This document shows, one piece after another, positions 13,509 through 27,130 of a DNA stretch of 64,000 bases. Where the stretch lies: the NCBI RefSeq assembly GCF_009914755.1, contig NC_060926.1. One strand, 5' to 3'. Position numbers and translations under genes: made by a program. Below the pieces are notes generated by a model. That model was given only the letters and a program-made list of their open reading frames with translations. It ran no database searches and had not been told where the DNA came from. Origin of the DNA: the human T2T-CHM13v2.0 reference genome, Homo sapiens. Every line of letters starts with the position of its first letter. Position 1 is the stretch's first letter.

Positions 13509-14247
13509 TAACTCCTCTTACTCCATCACAATAATAGGAACTAAGAGGCATAGCAAAAGCATTTTTAGGGGGTTAAATTTCTGATGCTGATGTGAGAATT
13601 CTTTAACAGTGTTTCTGGAAAAAAGACATTTTATCTACGACTTTCAGGACAGAGCCACCCAAAATGTTTCAGTCGAATGAATGTCCCAAGGTCATCCTGG
13701 CCTAGTAGGCTTAAAACAAATGCCCTTCCTCTTCTGTGCAGGCTGGTTCCCACTTGTTCTGACCATATTCCATTTCTCACCCAAATTGAAAATTTTACTC
13801 ATGAACTCTCAGAATAAAAACCTGAGTGAGACTCCTTTTATTTTTGAGAAACTTTTTTTGTCTGGTAAGATGTCTCAGATAAATACATCTAAATATAAAT
13901 CCATCTGTCCATCCATCCCAACATCACCATTTATCCCTCCGTTGATTTTTTTCATCTAGTCAATCAATATTTACTTATTATGTACTCCACTAAATGATAA
14001 GATCCATAAGAAAAAAGATTTGTCTATATTATGCATTACTCTTAACATCTAATAGAGTGCAAAATATTTATCAATTAAATGAGTAAATGAAATAAATGAT
14101 CAAGCACTTGCAGTGTCCACTATATTTGGTACTAGTTTTGCAGAATCAAGTGTTATCAGCTGGAGTGGGCAAAATAAAATATGCTCATTCTGAAATGTAT
14201 TGAGATATATTTTGCCCACTTTCTATCCATACACCATACCATTCATG

Positions 14248-14510
14248 ATAATAGCTAACATTCAATTGAGCATTTACTCTGTGCCTGTCGCTGTGTTAAG
14301 CATCACATATAAATAAGGGTTTATAAAAGCACTGCTATATCAAATCCTTGCAATATTCGCGTAAAATAGGTCTAGAACAATTCTCCTTTCAAGATGGAGG
14401 CACCAAGACTCAGAAGGTGAGTAACCTGCACCCGGTCACAACTACAGCAAGTGTCAGAGCTGGACAAAGTCTGACAGCAAGCCCTTTTTACTTCCTACAT
14501 TGCACTGCGT
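14248..14510 (-). mobile_element. MIR SINE (degraded)
   Basis: atagctaacattcaattgagcatttactctgtgcc...gactcagaaggtgagtaacctgcacccggtcaca. Confidence 0.6.
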
Positions 14511-16439
14511 CTCCACTAAAATTCCAAGCTGCTTATGATGTGATCTTCTGGCAAAGAAACAGTGTGAAATAAAATGTTAATTAACTGTCCTGGAATTTGA
14601 AGTGCATAATAATAATGGGTATCCTTTGAGATCCTCCTAAGACCCATGCCGTCTCAGACTGCACTAATCAGAAGAGAGATTGCTCTGCACAGCCCTGGGT
14701 GATTTGGGAGGCATACTTTGTGACTACGCAAGTGACGTATAGCCTAATGGGGCAATAGAACTCTGAGCAATTTTCTGTCCTTCAGAGAGGAAAGGGTCAA
14801 AATAAATCTCCCTAAAAGACAGTTTTGCGCAGCATTCAAAGCTGGAGACAAGAAAGGCTGAGGCTTGAGTACTGACCGTAAACATTAATTGCCTGAATCG
14901 CAGGCTGAGGTGCCCCCATGTGAGTCCTCTTTGGTGATCCTTTCCACTAGCCATGCTCTCAGCCTGCACTGACTTCCTCCCTCCTTGTTTCTCTCCAAAT
15001 TAAATTTAGCTCTTTGCTCGCGGAAGACAGTCAACTTTAACACTCAGACCTGACCCAAATATACAACTGTGCCACCTCACCTCACCTCCAAAAGCCTCAT
15101 GGGCCTGCCTTGCTTGGCAGCTTGAAAAGCAAAAGCTGCTCCTACAACCTCCCTGAGCCATGAAACTGAGAAATGTCATTGAAACATAGAGTAATAGTTA
15201 GGAGACATATAAATACGCAGGACAGTTAGCAAGGAATGTGATAACTACTGGAGTTTGGACCAAAACAGTTTCTGGCTGCCTTTTTTTTTCTTAAATGGAG
15301 TGAATACAGGCTGAAAGAAGACAATTTTTATAAACAAGTAAAACCCTGAGCCTAAGATAAATGTTGTGATGTACACACTGTAGCTGTGATGAACTAGACA
15401 TGGTGAGAAATGCAACATACTGAGAAAAAGACGAAAACTGTGATAAAAGTGTCATGATGCAAATTGTTTTACATTAACAATATTACACTACAAAGAAAGA
15501 AAGACAAATACTTTAATGCAGCAAGAGAAAAATAAAACAAAAGCTTCCCCTGCAACTGCAAGATAAGTGTGCCATTTCAAATGCGCACTTCCCCTGCTCA
15601 CTGGGAGAAGCCTCCAGAGGGACCTCTCTGTGAGAGGGAGAGAGGCAGCTGAGAGACATACACCCACTTTAAGGCTCTCAGGCTACACAGAACATTTTTT
15701 TCCCCAGAAAAAGGCAGCTGTGTCACCTTGCCTCTGGAACCATTGATCATTCCCTACTCAACTGTGCACCCTGGCTTCTCAATTAACACCCTTTACAGTC
15801 CAGTGTATGGCACACTTTAAGCTGTAAAGATAACATACAAAGCCAGAAAAAGAAATAACAGGCATGAATTTAAGGTATGATTAATGATTAGAAAAAAAAT
15901 TAATTGTGCTATTTTAACCTACCAAAAGAGGATAATCCCTCTTTGCCTATCCATGGAAACAGAAATAAAAAAGGAAATGGATGACTAAGTTAGAAGCCGA
16001 ATAGTCTATCACCAACTACTAAAAAGGAAACTCAGAGTGATAAATGGGCAAGGATGCAATGGTGGTGCAGTTGGCACTCTCCTGAGGCTAGAAACTTCCG
16101 GAGAGCCCCGCTGCCAGCAACAGCCTGGCAAGGAGAAGTGGGAAGGATCGGTCCAGTGGCAGTGCCGACTCCACAGCATCTCTGAGGAGCTTTTCCTTCA
16201 GTCCCCAAGAAGAACCATCTGTAGCTGCTTGTTGGATCATGCTGGTTCCTCAGTTACCTTCCAACAAATAAATCTTTGTATTTTTGAATTAAAAGAGAGA
16301 GCTGATAAGAGGAGGAGAGTACTATGAGAAACAGAAGGTATAACAATTTTTAAACTACCCCTAGTGCCATCTAGGAACCATAAGGACAATTTGCTTCCTG
16401 GAGATAATAATGGTGGCAGCTGCCATGTTTTGAAAGCTT

Positions 16440-16640
16440 CCTTCATGGCAGGCACAAGCACCTCATTTAATGATTTCAATAACCCTGTGAGGTAGGTCTG
16501 ATTATCCCATTATCCAGATGAGGAAACTGAGATTCAGTAAGGTTAAGTAGCCTCCTCAAACTCATACTGCTGGTAAGTGGTTGAAACAGAAATTGCGGAC
16601 ATGTTGGCCTAACCCCAAAAGCTCATGTCCCTGACTATCA
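16440..16640 (-). mobile_element. MIR SINE
   Basis: aaccctgtgaggtaggt...attatcccattatccagatgaggaaactgagattcagtaaggttaagt. Confidence 0.8.
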
Positions 16641-19231
16641 TATTCTACTGGCACTTGACATCACAACCAAACAACTCATCCCATTTATAAGATCTTATAG
16701 AAAGAGCACACAGTCATTGGGTCTAACGGACAGCAACCCAGCACTTCAGTAAGATACGACTTTGGGTTTAGCGGCTTGCTCTATGCATTCTCCTACTTGT
16801 AACCAAAGCTGCATAAATAATATTAAATGATGCCATTTTGGGAAGCACCATTAATATCACAACAGGGGCCACAGAAAATGTTTAAGAAAAGAATGACTTC
16901 AACTCACTAAAACAGATGTTTTACTTATGTACATCTATCAAACAACTGTACCCATGGGATGCCAAGGAGAGAGCTCCCATCAACCCCAGACAGGGGGCTC
17001 CACCTCAGGCCTCACCAAGCAACACTGGCTTCTTTAAAGATCACACAGCAGTCAACATTTTATCAGCACTCAACAAACAAGTTAAGGTTTGGCTTAAATC
17101 TGAAGGTCTCTCTCCCTTTGGCATATTCTGGGATAATAGAACAAATGTCAAATCAGTACAAGATGGCATATTTACAAAATTGCACCCTGTTTTGCATAAC
17201 CTAACGATGCAGCAGTTCTTAAGGATTGAACATTTCAAATCTGCTAGCAGAAGACTGCCAAATCTATGACTGTTTCATACACTTGCCAAAAGCCTATCAA
17301 ATTTTGAGCAAAATGCAAAATAAATCTCCTCTACAAGTTAAATCAGTCCCTTCTGTGTGTTCCAGGCTGCCCTCTTCTCTTGGCAACAAGGCTCAGGACT
17401 TGGGTCCTATTTCTCTTGCCCTTGATCTGATACTTCTCTCTGTGTGTATTCATAAATCTATCCCCTCCCCAGGCTTATGTCCTGTCTTCTTGGCCAGCAT
17501 TTGGCCTGCTCTACTCAGAGCCCTTCTTCTGTTATCCCTCAGTTCATCGGACCTGCTTCACACATCGCCAGAAAACCACTCTTCCTGCTATTCATTTGTC
17601 TACTGTGCTGATCTGCCTTCCCCCAATACGTAACCTATTGAGAGCATCATGCTCGTCCTCCCCATCTTCCGAAATCTTTCTCTAATGATTCAGATAAGTG
17701 CCCTCTCTCCCTTTTCTAACCCTCAATATCAATATGTTGCATAACATTTTTGTGCCTCAGTTTGTGTGTCCGTAAAATAGAAACACAGTACTTGGAGGAT
17801 CTGGAGGAGAATTAAACCTGATAACCCATGTAAAGAGCTTAGAATGATGACTTGCCATAGAAGCACTTAATAAATGAATGAAAACATGAATGAAATAAAT
17901 GAAACTAGACCCCCTCTGGCTAGGGAGCAGAGAAGGGGAAACTCTAACTTCTTGGCCACTCCCCTTCCCCTCCCTACATGCTCCTAAGGTATAGAATTCC
18001 TGGGGCTTCATAGTCACAATTTGAAAACCACAAGTCTTTTTCACACATATTGGATACTTTGTCATATTCAAATTCATCTTTTATTACCTACTCTCTTTTA
18101 TTTCTCTTCCAAAATACTGTTTTTTCTAACTGACAAAGAATAAACTTCCGAATGATTAAAACGCCAGGCACCTTGAATGGGTGAATGAAAGTCTACCACG
18201 TTAACATTTTTTACAAGTTTGACTAAAAGACCTGTGACTGACCACATGAGAGACCATTCCTCACTGTTAGGAGCCCACTCCGCAAGGTGTGGCTACAGCT
18301 GCTGTCTGCTGATTGACATTGGTTTTGAGGGTTGCCTCTTTGGATCTGATTCCTTTGCTCAAATCTGTCACCATTTCTGTCTGCTGGGACTGAGACATAT
18401 TGCAGAAAAGATGTTTCCATAGAGCTATACTACCCTTTAGCTCAGATTTGTCACCCCTCCACTTTGGCTGCCCATTTAGAGCTTCCGGTATCAGCTCCTT
18501 GAGGTGGGGGGGATGAACATCTCCTTTCATCTTTGAGGTCTGGATATCCTTTAAAAGTGCTTCTCCCTTGCCTCTTGCCAGTAGTTGGATGATTATCTTC
18601 AAAAAGAGTCTTATGGACTCACTGCATTGGGTCTAGGCCTTAGTCTCAGGGTCCCCTAATCCACATGGCAGCTTTGAAAGAATAGGAAAGGGTGCTCTGT
18701 TTGGTTTGACACAGCCCTGGAGGTGTAGGCCTTAGAAAATGGAGTATGGTCTGGCTTTCAGCAGGGCACAGGCTGAACAACTGCACAAGGCATCCCCGCC
18801 TGTTCCATTCATGTATGCAAATGGCTCTTCTAATTCCCTTTCCTCAATGGTGAGTAGGACTTTGATTTAACGACATGTGCTTCTCTTGGTGATGTGGATT
18901 TCTCTAAATTCTTCCAAATCCAGATCAACAATCACCTAATAATAAATCCTTTACTTATTTGAGTTTTATTAAAAACTGCATTTTCTTCCAAAGGCTGTAA
19001 TTCTGTAAATAGCCACGTATCAGTGGCTATTTAGCTGAAAACATGGACTAAGATCAAGGCCTTACTTGTTACACACTTTGGCCATTCCTAATCCTCAGTG
19101 TACTGAAAAGAGTCACTGATCCAGACTAAACGTGAACCGCTTTAAAAATATTTCCTTCTGATCCACTGAAATGCACAGGGTGGTGAAATCCTCTAAGGAA
19201 TTGTCTCCTTTGTCTTTTCAAAAAGGATGTG

Positions 19232-19330
19232 AGGAAGAGAGAAAGGGAGAGAAGGAAAAAGAGGAAGAGAGAGAGAGAGAGAGGAGAGAGAGAGGAGAAA
19301 AGAAAAACAACCTGGGAAAGAAAAGTAAAA
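19232..19330. repeat. GA-rich homopurine / low-complexity tract
   Basis: Almost entirely A and G, including (GA)n runs. Confidence 0.85.
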
Positions 19331-19476
19331 GATGGGGTCCAGAGGGGCAGCTGGGGCCTTGGAGGAAAATAGAATCTTTGAATGTATTCCTGCCAGAGAC
19401 AAAAGCACAGGCTCATTTAAAAAACAAAGGAGGGCAGCTTTATTCTAAAGCCTGCTGTGCACCAAAAATAGGCACT

Positions 19477-19512
19477 TAGATTCAGTTCTCCACATAGATT
19501 CAGTTCTCCACA
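19477..19512. repeat. Perfect 18-bp tandem duplication
   Basis: tagattcagttctccaca x2. Confidence 0.95.
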
Positions 19513-20399
19513 TTTCGGAGGAAGCAACTTACCACGGTGGAGACAATTCAGTTAGTGCATTTGCCTCACTTGTATCCTGCCCACCTTAACTATCGCCCTC
19601 CCAAATAATTCCTCTTAGTAACACATTGGGAACCTTTAGCTCCCTGGTACTGGCAGTTTTAATGTGTCCATTGCCAGCAATGAATTTTGTGCCAAGAAAA
19701 CCCGACTCCTGGCGTGGAAGGATTAAACAGTCCTCGGGTGCCATCTGTGCAGTGAAGTGAAAGAGTGACTTTGTGCACCCAGTGTGCGTGTGTTGCCATT
19801 GGCAGGAGGAAGTGACTTCTATTTACATGACTATCTCATGCAGCGAACACCTAAAGGGGGAGATGGAAATGGCCACCGCAGTCAGGGGTAGAGCTGGAGA
19901 AGAGGGGGAACTCGGTGGGAACGAGGAGCCTATAGGAAAGACTGGAAATTTATGCAGGTTGAAATGGCAGACTACAACTAATTATCCTATCTCATTATAT
20001 AGGGAGGGCTGGATGAAGAGGAAATACCCCATTGGCTGATGTTATTTGAGGAGGTAGGGTAGGTGCCATGAACCTCCTTAGATGTCAAGGTTGGGCTTGA
20101 TCTTGTGCTTCCAGCCTCCACTTTTTAAAATATAATTTTTTAAATGAACGTTTTGGATTCATCATACACCATGTTCAAGTGAGGGATTGGGATCCTAGGC
20201 AGTTGCACCTCTAATGTTTCGGGAACTTTCAGAATCTTGTAGGAGAAAACTCTTTGACAATCAAATTTAAGTATTCTGGTTGGGTCGTTAACAAGAAAAT
20301 TTGAACTGGAAAATGAAAACGGTGATGGAGAAATTCTTGTATAACAATGTTTCCCTTCAAAAAGTTTTTAAGTTAAATCAGGAAAGGTTATACTTCCTA

Positions 20400-21100
20400 A
20401 AGGCGAAGGCAAAGAATACAATGTTGAATAGCTTGTACACCTTGAATAACTAACAGTACTGAAGAGGGGAAAATTCAGTACAAGATACCTATTAGTTCAA
20501 GGTGGAATAAAATGAGGATTCAGAGATATACAAGGAAACTATCAAAAGGGGATTCCAAAGGGGATGCTACTCCACTGAGAGGGCTGTGTAAGTTTCTGAA
20601 TGGGTGGAGATGGAGGGGAAATGACATTCCACGTGGAAGGAGCAGAGGGCAAAGGCACAAAAGGGAAAGCCACAGAAACATTCAGAGAACAGCAAGCATT
20701 CCAGACAAAGTAGGCTACTACAGGAAGGGTGCCGAACACCTGGGTAAAGAGTGAGGACTGGGCTTAGTTGAGTACACAAGAAGGAACCATGAACATGTTG
20801 TGGGTGGGAGTTAATCTCCCAGCTCTGTGAACAATAGACTGGAGTGTGAGAAGACAAGATAAGGGGAGACAAATCGGGTTATTGTTATAAAAGGAGATAG
20901 GTTATGTGACAATAGCAATGTGGTTATGAAGAAGGAAATGAGTGTCTAAAGCAGCTTATGGGAGGTGGAGGAGAAAGAATGGGAAGAATTGAGCCCTAAG
21001 TATTAAATGGGACACTTAGCAGAAATGGGGACAATCTAATTATGGGACTGTTTTGCAGGGGTAGATGATTTGTGCATCTCACTTTGCAGATTGTTACTTT
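20400..21100 (-). mobile_element. Degraded L2-like LINE fragment
   Basis: Purine-rich L2-like motifs (gacattccacgtggaaggagcagagggcaaaggcaca, atagactggag); boundaries approximate. Confidence 0.45.
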
Positions 21101-21177
21101 TCTATCTTGACTGAGAAACAGACATGAAAACCGTCATACAGCCACTAACACAAAAATATTGCTATCACAGCTCCCTG

Positions 21178-21213
21178 CACACACACACACACACACGCAC
21201 ACACACACATACA
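21178..21213. repeat. (CA)n microsatellite, interrupted
   Basis: Directly visible. Confidence 0.95.
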
Positions 21214-22224
21214 CCTTACTCATTAAGTAAGCTGAAAGTAATTGGTAAAACTAAATTGTCTATACTTGTCTTGCAAAACTAGAAACTTTTGAGTTTTACT
21301 GTATTTTGATCAGATGACTTCAGCATCCATAGTAATAGGGATGACATCTTACAAAAACATATGGATATTGCTCAGAGCAATGTATTAATATGAAGTCATG
21401 ACACAGATGAAAAGAAATTGTGTTCTTAAGTTATTCTTATTGTTTTTCTTTCTCTTTAATTCACTGTCTTGTGAAGAATTGTGAACAATCTTTGAAAAAT
21501 GTAAACATCATAAATGATTTACCTTGTCAGCTGTAAGTTTCAGGGTTTTAAAAAAATTTTTTTCAACCTAACATGACAAACAGAATCAGCAAAGTTTTGG
21601 AATGATCAAAGTGCCAGAAGGGTCCCTAGTACTTATGCTAGCACTTCCAGCTGCATCAGTGTGGCACCAGAGACAATGCTCTGGCTTTGCCGTGGCATCC
21701 ACACTAGCACATGGGGGCTGTCAATGATAGTTGCACCCACACCATATTTTAAATGCTATAGCCCATCTGCAGAGCAACCTGCCCACTGGTTCTTCCATCA
21801 GGCAACCAGCCTGTTGGATGCTATTCAGTGATTTAGGTTTAGGGCTTTTTAAGGGTACTGCCCAACTGTACCTACCTCTCACCTGCTTTACTTAAATCTT
21901 TGTGAAAAAAAACTGTACATAATTGGCTATGAGTAAGAAAATTATAGTCTCGTATATATATCTTACTTATGATAATACTGTAAGAAATTTCAATATATAG
22001 CTAAAGGTTTAGAGAGTCTTCTGGGCTCTAAAGGAATATGTTGAATTTCTAATAGGTTTTCTTAACTGAAATTTTATAATTAAAGTAATTATCTGATGTT
22101 GCTTTGTATTTCTAAATGAATGCATATTGTGACCTATATAGCATACGATAAAGACTGTAATTATGCAGAATACAGTAAGGGAAGCTATTGGAGTATCTCT
22201 AAACCACCTGTGTTATTTCTTTTA

Positions 22225-22437
<213 letters not shown>

Positions 22438-25150
22438 TCATACAATAACAACTTTTCTTGCTTTTAATGGGCCACTTCAGTGTTTCCATATGTATTCACT
22501 CATGTATAGGAATATAGAGTTACTCTCAGAAGTATCTCTATGTGGTTATGAAGAAGGAAAAGGGTGGCTAAAGCACCTTATGGGAGGTAATTTTTTACTT
22601 GGTTTGCTAATATAGCCAGAGATGCTAATTCCCAGATCCCTGCATACTCATACCTTTCCACACTCAGCCCTAACCCATTCTCAATTTTCCCTTACGATGG
22701 GGCAAAGGGAGATCAAACCAGATTATCTAAAATCCAATCAATAATCCACATGCAGAAAAGTCAAATGTGAAGTGCTAAGGGGTAAGGGATCTTAACATTA
22801 TCATATGACCCTCTCAAAGAATTTTAGTTAGGAAGTCACTTAATGCCTCAATTGTGTTGAAATTTTTTGGTTATAATACAAGTATGTGCCCTGATTTATG
22901 ATCATCTATTTCCTTTTGGAGACCCCTAACAATGTTCAATTACTAGTTGCTGATTTAAATCATATTTTATTTTGGAGATCAGACTGGGATTCACTATAAT
23001 AAAAACAAATAATTCAGTTATCATTTATTTGCTGTATATCCCCATATTGGCTCAGCTACTCCATCATGATGCAAGTTTAACATTTGTTTTCTCTCATTTT
23101 GTGGTGAAGCCTCAATTTTTGTGGTATAACAGTTGAGCACTGTGAAACAGATTACATTAATATCTGTCTGCTGAAATGACATAAGCTCTTTTATCTATAA
23201 ATATGGTTGAAAAACAGGTTGCATAATTGGTTTGGTTATTTTGGATAGTTAAACATATTTTGCCTGATTTTAAAAAATTAAATGATACATTATATATATT
23301 TGGCCTAAAATATCAGTAAAAAAATTATTGAGGCCAAATTGCAGTAAAACTTTAAAAATCTGACATAACTGCTTTGAAAACTGCCTCCTTAAGTGACCAG
23401 ATTACAGTTAAAGAGTCTAAGAATTTTATCTTGCCATTGTGCTATCTAGGTTGGTGGCTTGAATTTCACTAAAATTTTACAAGTATTTCAAAACTGATTT
23501 CATTAATTTTAAAAATGGATATATTATCTAAATTCAACATTCTAACACTTTTTGAATGACTGGTATTGTAGATTACAAACTACACTAATGAGTGTTAGTT
23601 GCTCCATATGCATACTTTATGCCATTTCTATGAAAATCAAAATATTGTCCTCCAAAATTACTAACAGTGATATTTTATCATTTTGATTAACATGAATACT
23701 GACTATGCATAATTTTATATATTTAAAGGACACTAATATAAAAATAGAATATTTTAAAAGACACTTTAAAATATGAGAACTTCATAAAATGCTCATATCT
23801 CTTTTAACTTTAGCATTTAAATATTAATATCTTAGGTTGTACGTTAGATGGGAAAAATGGCTTTTAAGGGCGAAACACATTTTCCCCTAGGTAGCTGCAG
23901 ACTTTAATTCTGCTTGTCATAGAACACAATACTCCTTTCTTATTTATGCTAACCAGATTTACATGTATAAGAAGATCTGAAATTTTAAAAATAACATTTA
24001 AAAAATATTATGCATAACTGCATAATACAATTGTAAACTTTTTAAAAAATATGCCTTGAAACACCATTTACGTATTCCTTTTGTCCCATCTTTGAATAAA
24101 ATTGTTTAAATTTACACGTATATAAGAACTCTAGACAACTTCTATGTATTAGATTGGTCTATATACATTAAATGAAGTTTTCTTCTCATTTCATATTTTT
24201 AAACTTACAAAGATTTACTCCATTATTTTATTGACCACTAGAGGTCTCCAAAAACAAGCCATCCAACAGAACAATTAATATCAAGCAGAAAAATATTATG
24301 AAAACAAATTCATTGTGTGTAGATCAAATTATAACTGTGCCCTCCAATTTTCTTAACAGAAAGATATAAATGTATTTTTACATTGGTTTATCTTGACTGG
24401 GAGAGACTTTAAAGAGTCTTTTTCTCTGGGTACTACCATATTTCTGGATATAAAATATTTAATAAGCTATTCATCATCAGCCATTCTTTTCTTACACTAG
24501 ACAGAAGACTTGAGATGGGGTTAGAAGAGGTGCAGGAAAATCAATTACCTCCTTACCACTTCTGAATCCCCCCTCCTCCCTCATCTTCCATCGCTTACTC
24601 CCTCCCCTTTGAGAATTGTAGTCTTAGAGGTAGGTGTATGATGCCTTATAAAATAATACTCTCTCGATGACAAAGAGCATATTCTAGAGTAGCTTTCACC
24701 TATTAAGAATGAAAAAAAACAACAACCCCCCAATGGGTGTTTCCACTGTTCCTCCTCTCCTCTTCCCATCCAAAGCCCTACTTGTATTTGACATTTAATT
24801 GATGGGAAAGAGATACATACTTCTCTCACTCTGCTAATATGTGAAACCCAAGAATCAAATCAGAGTAAAGATAAGGAATGATTTATCTGTAGAAATGTAG
24901 CATGGGGCTATTTTGAAATTCGGAAAACAGAATTTGTTGATAAAAAATCAAACGTGTAATAAAATATACCACCCAGCCTTGCAAAATAGCAGAATAAATG
25001 AGATCATCTTATTATAGGTATCCAAAAAGAACCTCTAAGATGAATCAGCCTATTATTCGCTGTAAAAACACTGAAACTCAGAAAGGAATGGCTTTGTTAC
25101 TGGCATTTTGAGGTCAACACTCCGTATCTCTTTGTACCTGGCAGCAATTA

Positions 25151-25255
<105 letters not shown>

Positions 25256-25834
25256 CTAAGGAATGGAAACAGTTATTTTTATGGAGGTAAAAGAATAAGG
25301 ACATATGGTAAGCGAGTCGCAGTTTCCACATTTCTCACATCTTTATATACTGTGCCTCTTTAGAGATAAAAAGCATGGTATAGGAGGCTTAAATTGGCCT
25401 TAATTGGACAGTATCTTTAAAGACTACACTTTCAGAGCCCTGATCCCTTTCTTGGTAGGTATATGGGGAAAACTACGGAAAATTTGCTGACCCTAGTGAC
25501 TGGGTGGTACCAATTATAGAAGATTTAAAAACAATAACACGAAATCTTTACTGACTGATGCATAAGAAAAAGTCTCCCTCCTTCCTTCCCTTCCCTCTTC
25601 CCTCCCTCTTTCACTCCTTCCTTCTTGCTCTTTCTACCTCACCTCCCTGGCTCATCATAATAAACAAAGGTGTAAGCCTAACTCAGTGGAGATTCTGCAG
25701 AGTTACTGCCCAGAGACCTAAGACTTGATAGATGTGATTTTCACCTCCAAATATGTATATACAAAAGATAAAGTAACCTGCTCTGAGTGATATTCACTAA
25801 CGAATGCATACAGATTCATCAGTCAACTACTCAC

Positions 25835-25889
25835 CCAGCCCCAAATTGCAATTCGTTTGTTGTCCACAAATCCCATTTTTGAAAATTGT
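25835..25889 (-). CDS. DPP4: DPP4 exon 21
   Basis: (R)QFSKMGFVDNKRIAIWGW; GTGAGT donor; 55 nt. Confidence 0.99.
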
Positions 25890-26105
25890 CTAAAACACAA
25901 GGAAAAAGTCCACAGATCAGTACTGCATTGTGTATAGAAAACTTAGATGAGGCACAAATGTGAAACCCTGCCATTTGTTCTCTGCTTCATTCTATTAGAG
26001 ACTAAAAATTGCTGCCAGTAATCAAATAAACACCTGAGATAAATATCTATCATTTTAACCTAAGATCCAGATGAACATGGTTTACTTTTGTTGGAGTTCA
26101 TAAAA

Positions 26106-26107
<2 letters not shown>

Positions 26108-26148
<41 letters not shown>
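26108..26148. repeat. (TG)20 microsatellite
   Basis: Directly visible, uninterrupted. Confidence 0.98.
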
Positions 26149-26151
<3 letters not shown>

Positions 26152-26764
26152 ATTCACAGAAAACAAATCCTGGCAGTTTTTTTCACAGTTTTATACAAAA
26201 ATTTGCAGCCCAGATGCACTTTTCTTTACATAATTGAATTTAAATCTCTCCAGATGTTTTTCAGTTTGGGAGAGTCTGCCCCTGCAATGGAGAAAGATAA
26301 GGGCATGAAAAACTTCTGAGTAAGGGCTTAGAAATGTCTCTGGGCCCCCTACCTGAGAACTTAAACACCATTCTCTAAATAAATCCCTTCTTATGCTGGG
26401 TGTTGATTAGTTAGCTCAGTACCATGCACTCAATAGAAATAAATTTTTCCTTGATGGATTAAGAAGTCTTCTTTGCCACAAAACTGTGTTCAGAGATGGA
26501 ATCCAGGTAAAGAAATAAGAAAAATATTGTATGCACCTATTTCTTAATATTAGCCTGACATCAAAAGAAATTTTTTTTACTTAAAAATACCTGACAAATG
26601 GAACTCAAATTTTTAGCATTGTGGGTGGTTGCAGACCTTTGCATTAACCTATCTTGATTTTGACAGTCTTTGTGTTTTCATGTAATATGTCCTAGGTTGC
26701 CCTAAGTTAAGCAGTGCTAGAAAAAAATTAAAATAGTTTTCAACTCATCTTTTCCACGTAAACT

Positions 26765-27130
26765 TTGTAAAATTGAAGGAGGCAGACATACAGCAATGTG
26801 CAACAGATCATTCATGTATAATTTGATCAACCTTTACAAAGTGAATGTATCCTTGAAATCATGGCCTGTGCATATTATCAGAAGCCTCTAAGGCATTTCC
26901 CTCTTTGCAAAGGGACAAAAGGAAATGTTTTTCTTTTATTGAATTCCATAAAAATTTCACTGAACTTTTGCCTTGTTTTTATCTTTACATAAATTGCATC
27001 TTGCAGGATGTACACTTTTGTGTCCAGCTTCTTTCATTCAACAGTATATGCAATTCATCCATGTTGTTATGCTTAGCTCTTTTTAGTTGCTGCAATAGTG
27101 TGTGCCACTGTATAAACGCACTATTTCTCA
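26765..27130 (-). mobile_element. Old L1 (L1ME-like) 3' fragment
   Basis: ttttgtgtccagcttctttcattcaaca...ttcatccatgttgtt, typical of a reversed L1M 3' end. Confidence 0.6.

Noticed and set aside
15200-16000. A-rich stretch possibly derived from L1/HAL1 ORF1
   Set aside because: Only a faint resemblance (aatgcagcaagagaaaaa); cannot be supported without a Dfam search.
18267-18602. 111-aa protein-like ORF on the DPP4 strand in intron 23
   Set aside because: Starts at TTG, has no recognisable domain or supported splice context, and its length is within chance expectation. A tBLASTn/PhyloCSF signal would be needed to revive it.
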